DNA of 56,613 nucleotides from a virus (Duplodnaviria; Caudoviricetes). The translations under genes were made by a program, and so were the position numbers. This document shows positions 27,377 to 35,947 of this stretch, one piece after another. Location: positions 1 through 56,613 of IMG/VR virus record IMGVR_UViG_3300037439_000258; one strand, 5' to 3'. Numbering within the stretch: the first letter of the stretch is position 1; every line of letters begins with the position of its first letter. Below the pieces are notes generated by a model. That model did no database searches. It saw only the letters and a list, made by a program, of their open reading frames with translations, and was not told where the DNA came from.

Positions 27377-27582
27377 TATCCGGCCACGTACATCTGCCGC
27401 CGGCGCGCCGGGCCTGCGGGGGGCGCGCCCGCGTCCAACGAAAGTGCCTGGGCAAAGACCGCCGTGACTCGTGGCTTCGGCGCCGCGCCACTCAGGACTT
27501 GCGCGAATACCTGAGTGATCCGCGGTTTCGGATTCGCCTGCGACAATGTCTGCGCGAAAACTTGCGTGGTGCGCGATGCCAT
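27376..27582 (-). CDS. 68-aa protein with three internal repeats
   Basis: RxT(Q/A)VFAQxLS three times. Confidence 0.65.
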   Translation of the reverse strand: MASRTTQVFAQTLSQANPKPRITQVFAQVLSGAAPKPRVTAVFAQALSLDAGAPPAGPARRRQMYVAG

Positions 27583-27583
27583 C

Positions 27584-28627
27584 TCAGGTCACCCGTTCGA
27601 CGCCAGCTTCGATAGCGTTCACACCGGACTCCGTCCAGCTGGTTCCAGTATCGGGATCATTGACGCTGATGTCGGCAAAGCCGAGGTAGCTGGTCGTAAG
27701 CGTCCGGGTCGCGCCGTCTGCCGTCGTCGCGCCGCTCTTGAGCTTCGTCCTGACCTCGTTGACCCCGGCATCGTCCTTGCGCGCGATCATGCCAACCATC
27801 ACCGCCTTGATCGCAGCCGGAGAAACCGGCAGATCGCCCATCGCGTAGAGATCAACTTGGGCCGCCGATGCCACCGTCACATAGTCCGTGTCCTCATTCG
27901 GTGTCGGATCGTCAACGCACGCGTAGTTGTTTCCGGCGCTCGGAGTCCATTGCGTTGACGATCCGGCGCCTGACGGCCGCACGCAATCGACCCTTACCGC
28001 AGAGGTCAAGCGAGCATTGTTCTCTGATCCCGACGTGTCCAGGCAGTAGAAGTCGTCGTAGTCCTGGTCTGCGCTGGAGGCATGGGAGATCTTCCCCAGA
28101 CGGAAACGGTCGACGACCCCGGTGCCGCCGTTTTGCGTATCCAGGCCCGTAAGATTGATGTCCAGCACGTCATCGATCCAGACCTTGACGTGCCCAGTCG
28201 AGTCGTGGATGGAGCATTCGATCTCGATGTATTTCCAGGCGCTGTTGTCGGTGTCGATGGTCCCAGTCCCGAGCAGCGTACCGGCTGCCGTTCCCTGATA
28301 AACCTCGATGAGCCCGGACCCGTTGCGCACGACCGTCAGGTGCGTAGTCGCATTCTCAACCCACGCGAAAATGGCCCGCGATACAGCATCCGATGCAGCG
28401 GCGAAGTTGATCCCGAACCCGGCGACCAATGTGGGCGTGGCGGCCGGCGCCACCATGCGCTCGATATACCAAGAGGAGGTTGCTGCAGTGCCAGACGCGC
28501 AAGTGGTTCCGGTCCGCGGCCCAGTTTGAGTCGGTGCCATGCTGCCGACAATGGTGTAAAGATAAGCGAGATCTGTAGTCGAGCCCGAGATTCCACACCA
28601 GTCAAACCCGTCAAACCAGAGAAGCAT
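27584..28627 (-). CDS. putative tail/virion protein, LamG/ConA-like beta sandwich
   Basis: W.YIEIE, G.VKVWID, YDDFY; T/G/S-rich. Confidence 0.6.
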   Translation of the reverse strand: MLLWFDGFDWCGISGSTTDLAYLYTIVGSMAPTQTGPRTGTTCASGTAATSSWYIERMVAPAATPTLVAGFGINFAAASDAVSRAIFAWVENATTHLTVVRNGSGLIEVYQGTAAGTLLGTGTIDTDNSAWKYIEIECSIHDSTGHVKVWIDDVLDINLTGLDTQNGGTGVVDRFRLGKISHASSADQDYDDFYCLDTSGSENNARLTSAVRVDCVRPSGAGSSTQWTPSAGNNYACVDDPTPNEDTDYVTVASAAQVDLYAMGDLPVSPAAIKAVMVGMIARKDDAGVNEVRTKLKSGATTADGATRTLTTSYLGFADISVNDPDTGTSWTESGVNAIEAGVERVT

Positions 28628-29364
28628 TATCGTGCCCCTGCGAAAGTGATTGAGATATTTGCCAAAGTGGCATCCGGCGATGCTGGAGCGACCAGCGATA
28701 ACACGTCACCAGCGACCAACGCGATTGCTGAGGCGGCGATGAACGAGGCGGTCGTGCCGGCCGCAGCAAAGCGCACAGTCCCGACGCTGGCGCCGTTCTT
28801 CTGAAGGTCGAAGTCCGTCTGTGCGGTCGCTGCCGTCCCGGCGCTGCCCTGCGAACCGGCGATCGCAGCGAGAAAGTCAACCGCCCGGGTGGCCACAAAG
28901 CGCATCACAATCTCAGACGCCGTCGGCGATCCAATGATTGAGCACCCGAGATCATAGGGGGCGGTCGAGGCGGCCGTGATGGACCCGAATGAATACAAGC
29001 CCTCGCCATCGGAGAAGACGAGCATCGTCTCGCCAGGATCGAGCTCCAAGGCAACCGGCCCACCGGAAATCAGCACCTCCAGTTCGACCGTGAAGGCGCC
29101 GGAGGTCGAATTGCGCACCACCCAAGGCTTCGCCAGGCCGGCGGGGAACTCGACGGTCAGGTTCGACACGAGCGTGCCGACCAGATCGATCATCGCCGCT
29201 GCGTATTCGTCCAAGGTCAGCACCTTGGAGCCACCCGTCACCGCGACCGTCGATATGCCGCCCGCGACCTTGTCGATCACGTCGAAGTTCTCATTCGCCG
29301 TGACTTCCTTCTGCGACTGAGAGGGCTCTATGTGGGTTAGGCCGATGTTTGCCGTCGTTGTCAT
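28627..29364 (-). CDS. tail fibre/adaptor-like protein
   Basis: N-terminus L..I.PSQSQKEVT.NE resembles DUF2793-type proteins; follows the tail-tip gene. Confidence 0.6.
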   Translation of the reverse strand: MTTTANIGLTHIEPSQSQKEVTANENFDVIDKVAGGISTVAVTGGSKVLTLDEYAAAMIDLVGTLVSNLTVEFPAGLAKPWVVRNSTSGAFTVELEVLISGGPVALELDPGETMLVFSDGEGLYSFGSITAASTAPYDLGCSIIGSPTASEIVMRFVATRAVDFLAAIAGSQGSAGTAATAQTDFDLQKNGASVGTVRFAAAGTTASFIAASAIALVAGDVLSLVAPASPDATLANISITFAGAR

Positions 29365-32300
29365 AGCACCGCCTCCCCGGCATACCCCCGTCCGATTGCT
29401 GCGCTGATCTGATACACGCGAACTCCTATTTGTGCTGGTGGCGCCCCGAAATCGGTGACGATCTGCGCGGCGCTGTAGGTGGCCGACTCAACCGCCGAGA
29501 TCAGCGTGCGCTTCAGGCTGCCGAAGGCCGCGTCGTAGATCTCGATCTCAAAGGACTCGGACGCCTCCGACAACGGCACATCGATGCCATCTGCCCAGGC
29601 ACCGCCGACTCGCGTGCGGCGAACCCACGACAGATCGATGTCGCTGCCCCAAACCGCAGCGAGGTGCACCGGCGCGTATGGCTTCAGGCTGGCGCCCGTC
29701 AACGTGAAGTTCTCCACATCGGCATCCGCGATCGCGCGACCCGACATCAGCGCCTTGTACTGGCGCGGCAAGTTGATCTCGGACGCTTCGCCGTTGACCA
29801 CCCGCGTAGCGCCAACTGACAACAGGATGAAGCGCTCGCCGGCCGCGTGGTCGGCGATAGCCCACTCCGTGCCTCGCCGCCCCCTGAGCAGCGTCGACAG
29901 GCGCCAGACGTTGGACCCGAGATCCTCCGCGTTCTGGAACTGGATGATCTCGCTGCCGACGATGGCGGTATTCGCGCCGTTGAGCATGCCGACATAGGAC
30001 GCGCTCGACAGACTCGCGCCGCTGGTCAGCGCTACATCGAGCGTGTTCTCGGTGTCCCGGACGTTGCCACCGGTCCAGTCACCCAGCGCCGTGGCAGTGC
30101 CAATGGCCGATTCGGTTGGCGCGGCATCGAGCTCCGCATAGGAGCCGCCGCCATCGGTGGACTTGAACAGCAGCGCGCCGCGCCAGGCGTTGACCGACAC
30201 CTCCCGGGCCGAAGCCCAATAGAAGACCAGGCCGTCGTCGGAGTCGCGGAGCAACGGAATGTCGAGCAAGTAGGCAATTGCGTCACCGATGATCACCACC
30301 GTGCCCCCAGGCAGCGTCGATCCGGCAACACCCGTCATTCCCGGGTCGTAGATGGCGCTGATGTCGAAAGTCGCCTCGAACTCCACGACGCCCTGCCCGA
30401 TCGCCTGGCGCAGAATCCGCACCGCCCGGTAGTAGTCATCGAATGGCAGACTCACCACGTCGGTCGCGTCGATGGTCGCGTACTTCATCGAGGTCGAGAA
30501 GCGAAACGAATCCCGCACCATCCAAGCGAACAGCAGCATGCTCTGAGCCGCGTTCCTCGCCTCGTCGGCGGTGATGACGACCGGGATCTCGTTCTCGATC
30601 ACGCCATCGGCGTCGACGACCTCCCGGCGGGCATACTGCACGTTCGGGTCGTAATCCAGGGCGAAGTCCATGTACTTGATGCGAATCTCTTTTGGCAACT
30701 CCAGTTCCGCCCCTCGCATGACCTCGACAGTACCGCCTTCCTTGCCGTCATCGACGAAGAAATATTCATCGATCGTCGCCACAGCAGAGCGGGCTCGCTT
30801 CGGAAACTTGAGCGTCCAATCGGACTCCACCATGTCAAAGGCGTAGGCCTTGACAAGCGCCTCGATGCAAGCCCGCGCTGCCATCGGTCGCGCCCGCATG
30901 AAGCCGTCCACGATATCCGTCAACTCGGTGACATCGATGTCACCAGTCTCCAGCCCGGAGGCAAGGCACAGGTCGGTCACCACTTCCGAGAGCAGCACGC
31001 CCTCACGGTCGGCCGGCATCTCGAAGCCAGAGCGGTACAGGCCAATGTGGCTGCCCTGCGCGGCGTCGATGCTGCCGATCTTGCCGACGCGGTCTGCGGC
31101 ATAGACCGACCCGTCGCCATTCGGAATCAGCGTGCCGCTGTCCAGGACCGTGTAGCCGGTATCGCGCTCCACGTGGAACGTGCGCACATTGCCCGTGGCG
31201 AGATTGATGGCCAGGATCTTCGCCTCGTTGGCAACGGTCTTGTCCCACGTGTACCACTCCTTGCGGACCGGCTCGTATGCGACCTTCGGGTGATTCGTAC
31301 CAGGCTTCACGGGAAATGTCTGCACCACCGTCCCGCTTGCGATATCCCACTCGATCAGCTGATTGATGTGGCCATCGATCATCACCAACGAATGCCGGTC
31401 GGGATCGTAGTCGATCGCATACTGCACGGCATAAGGCGACAGGTCGTAGAGCGTCGGCGTGCCTAGGGCACTGATCCGCACCAGCTGGGAAGTGCCGGCA
31501 TTGTCGCTGAAAGGAATGCCCCAGATATTGCCGTCGCGATCGAAGCAGATGTAGTCAGCCGCGGGCTGATCGGTGTCGCCGCCCAGTTGGATCGGCTGAT
31601 AGACCGTGCCGACAAGGACGCCATCGCCGGTGTACTTGGCAATGCGATGGTTGTACAGATTGACGGTGTAGACGTGGCCGCTATAGAAGGTGATGTCGGT
31701 CGGCAGATAGGCTGTCGCGTGGTCGCTGTAGCTTCCTGTCGGGAAGGCCGCCATGTCGATCTTGGCGAAGCGGATATTGTGATAGGCAACGTAAGTAAAG
31801 CGGCTGTAAACGCCCTCACCCTTGATCAGCCGGTCACCGCTAACACCCTGCGAGAAATCCATGGACCCGACTGCGCCGACATCCTCCTCGACAATCAGCA
31901 GGCTCCTTGAGTCGGTCGGATCGGCGACGAGAAAGTAGCCGGCATCGGAACGGACCATGTACTCGCCGAAGCCCTGAACCGCGTTGCTGTACTTGGCGAT
32001 CTCCTCGCGGGTCGTCTCGTCGTTGATCGTGACGTCGCCCGGCGTTACTTCGAACTCGAAGGACGGCATGCGGTTGCCGAATTTCTCCAGGCGGAATCCC
32101 TCGACAACGATATAGGCGGTGCCCCGATAGCCCGGCACATAACCCGGCGGCAGACGCGCTTCCAGGGTCGCGTCGGGCAGCTGCTCCTCAGTGCCTTTGT
32201 AGATGGCCAGGCCGCCCTCCGGGATCGCCTCGCGGTCCTCCTCCGCGACCGCTTCACCGTCCTCGGCGTCATAGATCAGGATGCCATTGGCCCAGATGCG

Positions 32301-32657
32301 CAGGATGGCGCCGATCGGCCCTTCGCAGACACCCACAGCAAGGTCGCAGGTGTAGGTGAAACTGGTATAGCCGCCGCCACCCTTGCCGCTCTCCTCCCGG
32401 GCGTGTTCGTCCAGGTCGGACATGTAGATCGGAAAGCCCGCGATGCGGATCGTGCCGTAGGCGTGCGGGATCGCCGCGCCATAGGTGAAGTCCGCGACCT
32501 TCTTGTCGAGCAGTCGCGGGCCTTCGGTCTTCGGCTGATCGACATAGGCACCCACACCAGCGCCGAGTGTGAAGCCCACGTACGCGCCATAGGGATTGCC
32601 GCCAGAAACGAAGTAGCCGGCAACGCCGCCAACGACACCAAGCGCTAGCTGGGCCAT
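29361..32657 (-). CDS. GTA-type tail tip / host-specificity protein (Phage-tail_3) with a central propeller-like insertion
   Basis: YG.IRIAG, GPI..ILRIWANG, PGYRGTAY, FGNRMP, LLRGRRGTE, W.RRTR. Confidence 0.9.
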   Translation of the reverse strand: MAQLALGVVGGVAGYFVSGGNPYGAYVGFTLGAGVGAYVDQPKTEGPRLLDKKVADFTYGAAIPHAYGTIRIAGFPIYMSDLDEHAREESGKGGGGYTSFTYTCDLAVGVCEGPIGAILRIWANGILIYDAEDGEAVAEEDREAIPEGGLAIYKGTEEQLPDATLEARLPPGYVPGYRGTAYIVVEGFRLEKFGNRMPSFEFEVTPGDVTINDETTREEIAKYSNAVQGFGEYMVRSDAGYFLVADPTDSRSLLIVEEDVGAVGSMDFSQGVSGDRLIKGEGVYSRFTYVAYHNIRFAKIDMAAFPTGSYSDHATAYLPTDITFYSGHVYTVNLYNHRIAKYTGDGVLVGTVYQPIQLGGDTDQPAADYICFDRDGNIWGIPFSDNAGTSQLVRISALGTPTLYDLSPYAVQYAIDYDPDRHSLVMIDGHINQLIEWDIASGTVVQTFPVKPGTNHPKVAYEPVRKEWYTWDKTVANEAKILAINLATGNVRTFHVERDTGYTVLDSGTLIPNGDGSVYAADRVGKIGSIDAAQGSHIGLYRSGFEMPADREGVLLSEVVTDLCLASGLETGDIDVTELTDIVDGFMRARPMAARACIEALVKAYAFDMVESDWTLKFPKRARSAVATIDEYFFVDDGKEGGTVEVMRGAELELPKEIRIKYMDFALDYDPNVQYARREVVDADGVIENEIPVVITADEARNAAQSMLLFAWMVRDSFRFSTSMKYATIDATDVVSLPFDDYYRAVRILRQAIGQGVVEFEATFDISAIYDPGMTGVAGSTLPGGTVVIIGDAIAYLLDIPLLRDSDDGLVFYWASAREVSVNAWRGALLFKSTDGGGSYAELDAAPTESAIGTATALGDWTGGNVRDTENTLDVALTSGASLSSASYVGMLNGANTAIVGSEIIQFQNAEDLGSNVWRLSTLLRGRRGTEWAIADHAAGERFILLSVGATRVVNGEASEINLPRQYKALMSGRAIADADVENFTLTGASLKPYAPVHLAAVWGSDIDLSWVRRTRVGGAWADGIDVPLSEASESFEIEIYDAAFGSLKRTLISAVESATYSAAQIVTDFGAPPAQIGVRVYQISAAIGRGYAGEAVL

Positions 32658-33049
32658 ACGCCCCGGAACCGATAGGCCCCGACAATCCGCTTCGTCCAGC
32701 GGCTATCGAGCGAGGTTTCGATGACCTTGCCGACGTGGGCATAGGCATGGATCAGCCCGCGATCAGTCCGAATCGCAAGGTGTTGCGGCTCGCGCATGAA
32801 GCGCATCAGGAGCACCGCGCCCGGCACGTCCGGCGCGTCCGCGTCGAGGTGCAACTCGATCAGGTGTCGTAGCTCCCGGCCGTCCGGCACCCGACCGTAG
32901 CCGGTGACGTCATAGTCCGACAGCCCAAGTCCGTGCGCGACCTTGATGATCAGGCCAACGCAGTCGATACCGTGCACCGACCTCCCTTGGTGCTTCCATG
33001 GCGTGCCAGTCCACTTGCGAGCCTCGGCCACCACATCCTGCCCGGTCAC
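32645..33049 (-). CDS. NlpC/P60 tail-associated peptidase
   Basis: W.GTPWKHQGR...GIDCVGL...HLAI...IHA. Confidence 0.9.
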   Translation of the reverse strand: MTGQDVVAEARKWTGTPWKHQGRSVHGIDCVGLIIKVAHGLGLSDYDVTGYGRVPDGRELRHLIELHLDADAPDVPGAVLLMRFMREPQHLAIRTDRGLIHAYAHVGKVIETSLDSRWTKRIVGAYRFRGVWPS

Positions 33050-33888
33050 TGGTTCGGCCCCCGCAGCATCTGATCCGTGAGCGGCAGATCCGGAAAGCCC
33101 CGGAAGTTCACGATGTTGTTGTAGCTGATGCAGGCATCCCGGCTTTTGTTGCAGCCCCTGATCGCGGCGAATCGGTCGCCGATCTCGATTTCGTAAGGCA
33201 TCGGGAGGAACAATTCGAAGGTGCCTGTTTCATAGACCGTCTGCTTGACCTCCATATTCAGGCCGGCATTGGCCCCGGTCACCCAGATCACCCGTCCATA
33301 TTGGAACTGCGCGTTGTCCACCGGGAACGTCGTCGTCGAGAACGCCATGCGGGTACTGACGTGCGAGACGTAGCCGTCATAGACGAACAGCGACAGATCA
33401 ATTCCGCATTGAGCGTCGCCGAAGTCCGCATCGCACCCCGGCTGGACCGTGCGCCCGATCGTCTGCTGCAACTTTTGCGCCATGCCCCGGAGTTCGGCGA
33501 TGAACGTACCGCGCCGCTTGGCGACGTTGCCCAGCCAGCCGCGGCGCAGCTTCAACGCCCCTTGTGTCAGATCGGCCCAGTTGACCTGGAACACGTGCAC
33601 CTCGGCGTTGTCCCACCGGCCGGCGAGTAAGGCGCCTTCCGTGATCGCAGGCGAACGCAGCAACCCTTGCACCTCCATGTCGTCGACGTTCAGCCCGGCC
33701 TGCGTCTCGGCCGTCGATGCCATGAATCCCGTCGACGCCCGGTAGCGGATGCCGCCGAAGGTCAGGTCCTTGTCGTGGTCGGTGAAGCCGTAGACCAACG
33801 TGTCCTTGCGGGTTATCCGCCAACACGTTGCGAGGGTCGTCTCTTCCTCGGCCAGATGGACCGCAAGATCGGCACTGACCGATTTCAA
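33046..33888 (-). CDS. baseplate hub protein (DUF2163/BR0599)
   Basis: GFTDHD, CDADFGD..C, GCNK...C...N..NFRGFP. Confidence 0.9.
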   Translation of the reverse strand: MKSVSADLAVHLAEEETTLATCWRITRKDTLVYGFTDHDKDLTFGGIRYRASTGFMASTAETQAGLNVDDMEVQGLLRSPAITEGALLAGRWDNAEVHVFQVNWADLTQGALKLRRGWLGNVAKRRGTFIAELRGMAQKLQQTIGRTVQPGCDADFGDAQCGIDLSLFVYDGYVSHVSTRMAFSTTTFPVDNAQFQYGRVIWVTGANAGLNMEVKQTVYETGTFELFLPMPYEIEIGDRFAAIRGCNKSRDACISYNNIVNFRGFPDLPLTDQMLRGPNQ

Positions 33889-34655
33889 AGACGCACCTCG
33901 ATCAACTGCAATTGCTCGCTGGTGTAGAGCAGAGAAGCGCCGCTGCGATCCACGATCGTCCATTGCAGCGCATCGTTCATGAACCGAGATGGCACGTCGA
34001 ATTCGCCTGACCAGGTGAAAGGCCCGGTGCCGCTGGTGATCGTGACCTCGCCGGTCGTGTAGTCCACAGTGAAGCCGGAAACCATCTCGACGCCGCCGTC
34101 ATAGATCTTCACCGTACCGGCGACCGGCTTATGAATGTCCCGGTCGTAAGTCAGCACCTCGTAGGAGTAGCGCTTTTGCATGAGATAGACGCCAGCCGTC
34201 GCGCTCTCGGTCAGGCGCCCTTCGCTCTGGGCGACCTCGAAGTCACTGTGATCCTTTACGCGAAAGGCCATCGCCTGCCCACGAACATACCGATGAAACG
34301 CTGCGATCTCATTGCGCTGCGCCTGCGTCCGATTGATATAGGACATGTCGAAGACCAGCCGCTCGCACTGCCAGTCCTGATTGCGACTCTCATAGCCTGA
34401 CTTCAACGTGACCACGTTCGTTGAGAACGAGGGGCCGATGGCCGCGCCGAACGAATGACAATCCGGAAATCTCGGCGTTTCAACGAATGCCAATTCGGCC
34501 TCCTCTTCTGCTTCTGGAACTGGGACGATGACCCCGCCCGGATACTCGATAGTCCCGCCATCGTCGTCATCACCCCCACCCGGTGAGCCCGTCGGCGGCG
34601 TGGACGTCAGCCTGCTCGGGTACGGCAGGATCACATCGGCGTTGATCGTCTCCAT
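33885..34655 (-). CDS. distal tail protein (DUF2460/TIGR02217) with an N-terminal low-complexity extension
   Basis: F.E.PRFP, SG.E.RN..W, FRVKD..D, EFDVP.RF. Confidence 0.9.
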   Translation of the reverse strand: METINADVILPYPSRLTSTPPTGSPGGGDDDDGGTIEYPGGVIVPVPEAEEEAELAFVETPRFPDCHSFGAAIGPSFSTNVVTLKSGYESRNQDWQCERLVFDMSYINRTQAQRNEIAAFHRYVRGQAMAFRVKDHSDFEVAQSEGRLTESATAGVYLMQKRYSYEVLTYDRDIHKPVAGTVKIYDGGVEMVSGFTVDYTTGEVTITSGTGPFTWSGEFDVPSRFMNDALQWTIVDRSGASLLYTSEQLQLIEVRL

Positions 34656-35947
34656 CAGAGCAGTACCGGTGGATCGGCCAGATAGTCCGCAGCACTGATG
34701 CCGTTGGCTTCAACGTTCGCCTGGCGCGCCTCCAGCAAGGTGATCGCGGAGAACCGCTTGGGCGTGTCCGTCACGAACTTCTGACGCGAGATGAAGCAAC
34801 CCGGGATCGTCTGCAGGTCCAGGCCACCGCGCGAAGTCGGGTACCAGCTCGCGCCGACCTGAATCAGCAGGCTCGCATCCGCCAGGTCGTCAACACCGGC
34901 TGCGTCCCACTTCATCAATTCCGCCCAGAAGGTGTGCTGGATCGCGTCATAGGCGTCGACGTTCAGCAATTGCAGCCCGTTCCAGGTCGCCTGCAGGACG
35001 TAACTCAAGGGCCCGGCCGGATACCGGACTTCCGTGCCGCCCATGGGACTGGCGCGGGCGCTCACCGCACCGGCGATCTGGCCGATCGTGCTCTTGCTGG
35101 CGCGCGACCAGGCGGCCGTCTGCCCGAGCGCGAACTGCGACCAGACGCCGGTGGCCGTGTTGCGCAGCATGATCTGCTGGTTCCAGATCCGCAGCGCGGC
35201 ATTGGCCGCCGTGTGCCCGGTGCCAGCACCCTCCTCGGCCTCCATCACATTCAGGAACGGGATGAAGTAGCGCCACTTGTCGGCATTTCTGTACGCCGCC
35301 GGGATAGTCGCGTCGCTGGTAAACCAGGCTTCGTTGTTGTTGCCTCGGGGAAGCACACCCATCACCACGGCGCCCGGCGCGGTGCCGGTCCCGGGCTCCG
35401 CATTCCAGGAATCCCGGAAGGCGACCCCGAAGGCGGCGGCGTCGTTGCTGTCCAGCATGTCGTCCACCACCGACTGCTCGTCCTCGTCGACCGTACCGGC
35501 CGCGTCGAGGCTCGGCGAGAAGCGCAGCGTGATCGTGCCAACATCCGTGTCGCCGTCCTCCATCGGCCCGGTGCAGGTGAAATCGGTGCCCGCGAGGCCG
35601 AACGTGCCTTGGATATGCCGCGTCCCGGTCGCACTCTCGATGCGGCAGATGCCGGGCGTGTCCAGGCTGGAGGCTGCGGCAAAGGCACCACTCAGCCCCG
35701 GTCCGGTAATCTCCAGCACATCGCCGCTCACCAGCGGAATCAGCCCCGCGAACGCGGCTTCGAAAATGAGTGCATCCTCGACTTCGTCGCCCGTCACCGT
35801 TACGCTGTGCCAGCACTTGACGACGAAGTCCTCGCCGATGGATGCCCGCACCGAGGCCGCACCGGCGGCCGCTTTGGAGCCAACTGCTGCCGCCTCGATC
35901 GCCGCATCGTACGCCGTGCCGGTGGTGACATCACAGGTGATCGTCAC
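34655..35947 (-). CDS. two-domain virion-region protein with the unnamed C-terminal domain (paralog 3)
   Basis: Between tape measure and Dit; AGVDD, VGASWY, ISAADYLADPP. Confidence 0.7.
   Translation of the reverse strand: MTITCDVTTGTAYDAAIEAAAVGSKAAAGAASVRASIGEDFVVKCWHSVTVTGDEVEDALIFEAAFAGLIPLVSGDVLEITGPGLSGAFAAASSLDTPGICRIESATGTRHIQGTFGLAGTDFTCTGPMEDGDTDVGTITLRFSPSLDAAGTVDEDEQSVVDDMLDSNDAAAFGVAFRDSWNAEPGTGTAPGAVVMGVLPRGNNNEAWFTSDATIPAAYRNADKWRYFIPFLNVMEAEEGAGTGHTAANAALRIWNQQIMLRNTATGVWSQFALGQTAAWSRASKSTIGQIAGAVSARASPMGGTEVRYPAGPLSYVLQATWNGLQLLNVDAYDAIQHTFWAELMKWDAAGVDDLADASLLIQVGASWYPTSRGGLDLQTIPGCFISRQKFVTDTPKRFSAITLLEARQANVEANGISAADYLADPPVLL

Noticed and set aside
25189-32657. Diversity-generating retroelement or invertible tail cassette
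   Set aside because: No reverse transcriptase or invertase, and no near-identical template/variable repeat pair was visible
29361-34655. Gene transfer agent
   Set aside because: The GTA-type tail tip sits in a genome with int, xis, attP, a repressor switch and lysis genes, i.e. a true temperate phage
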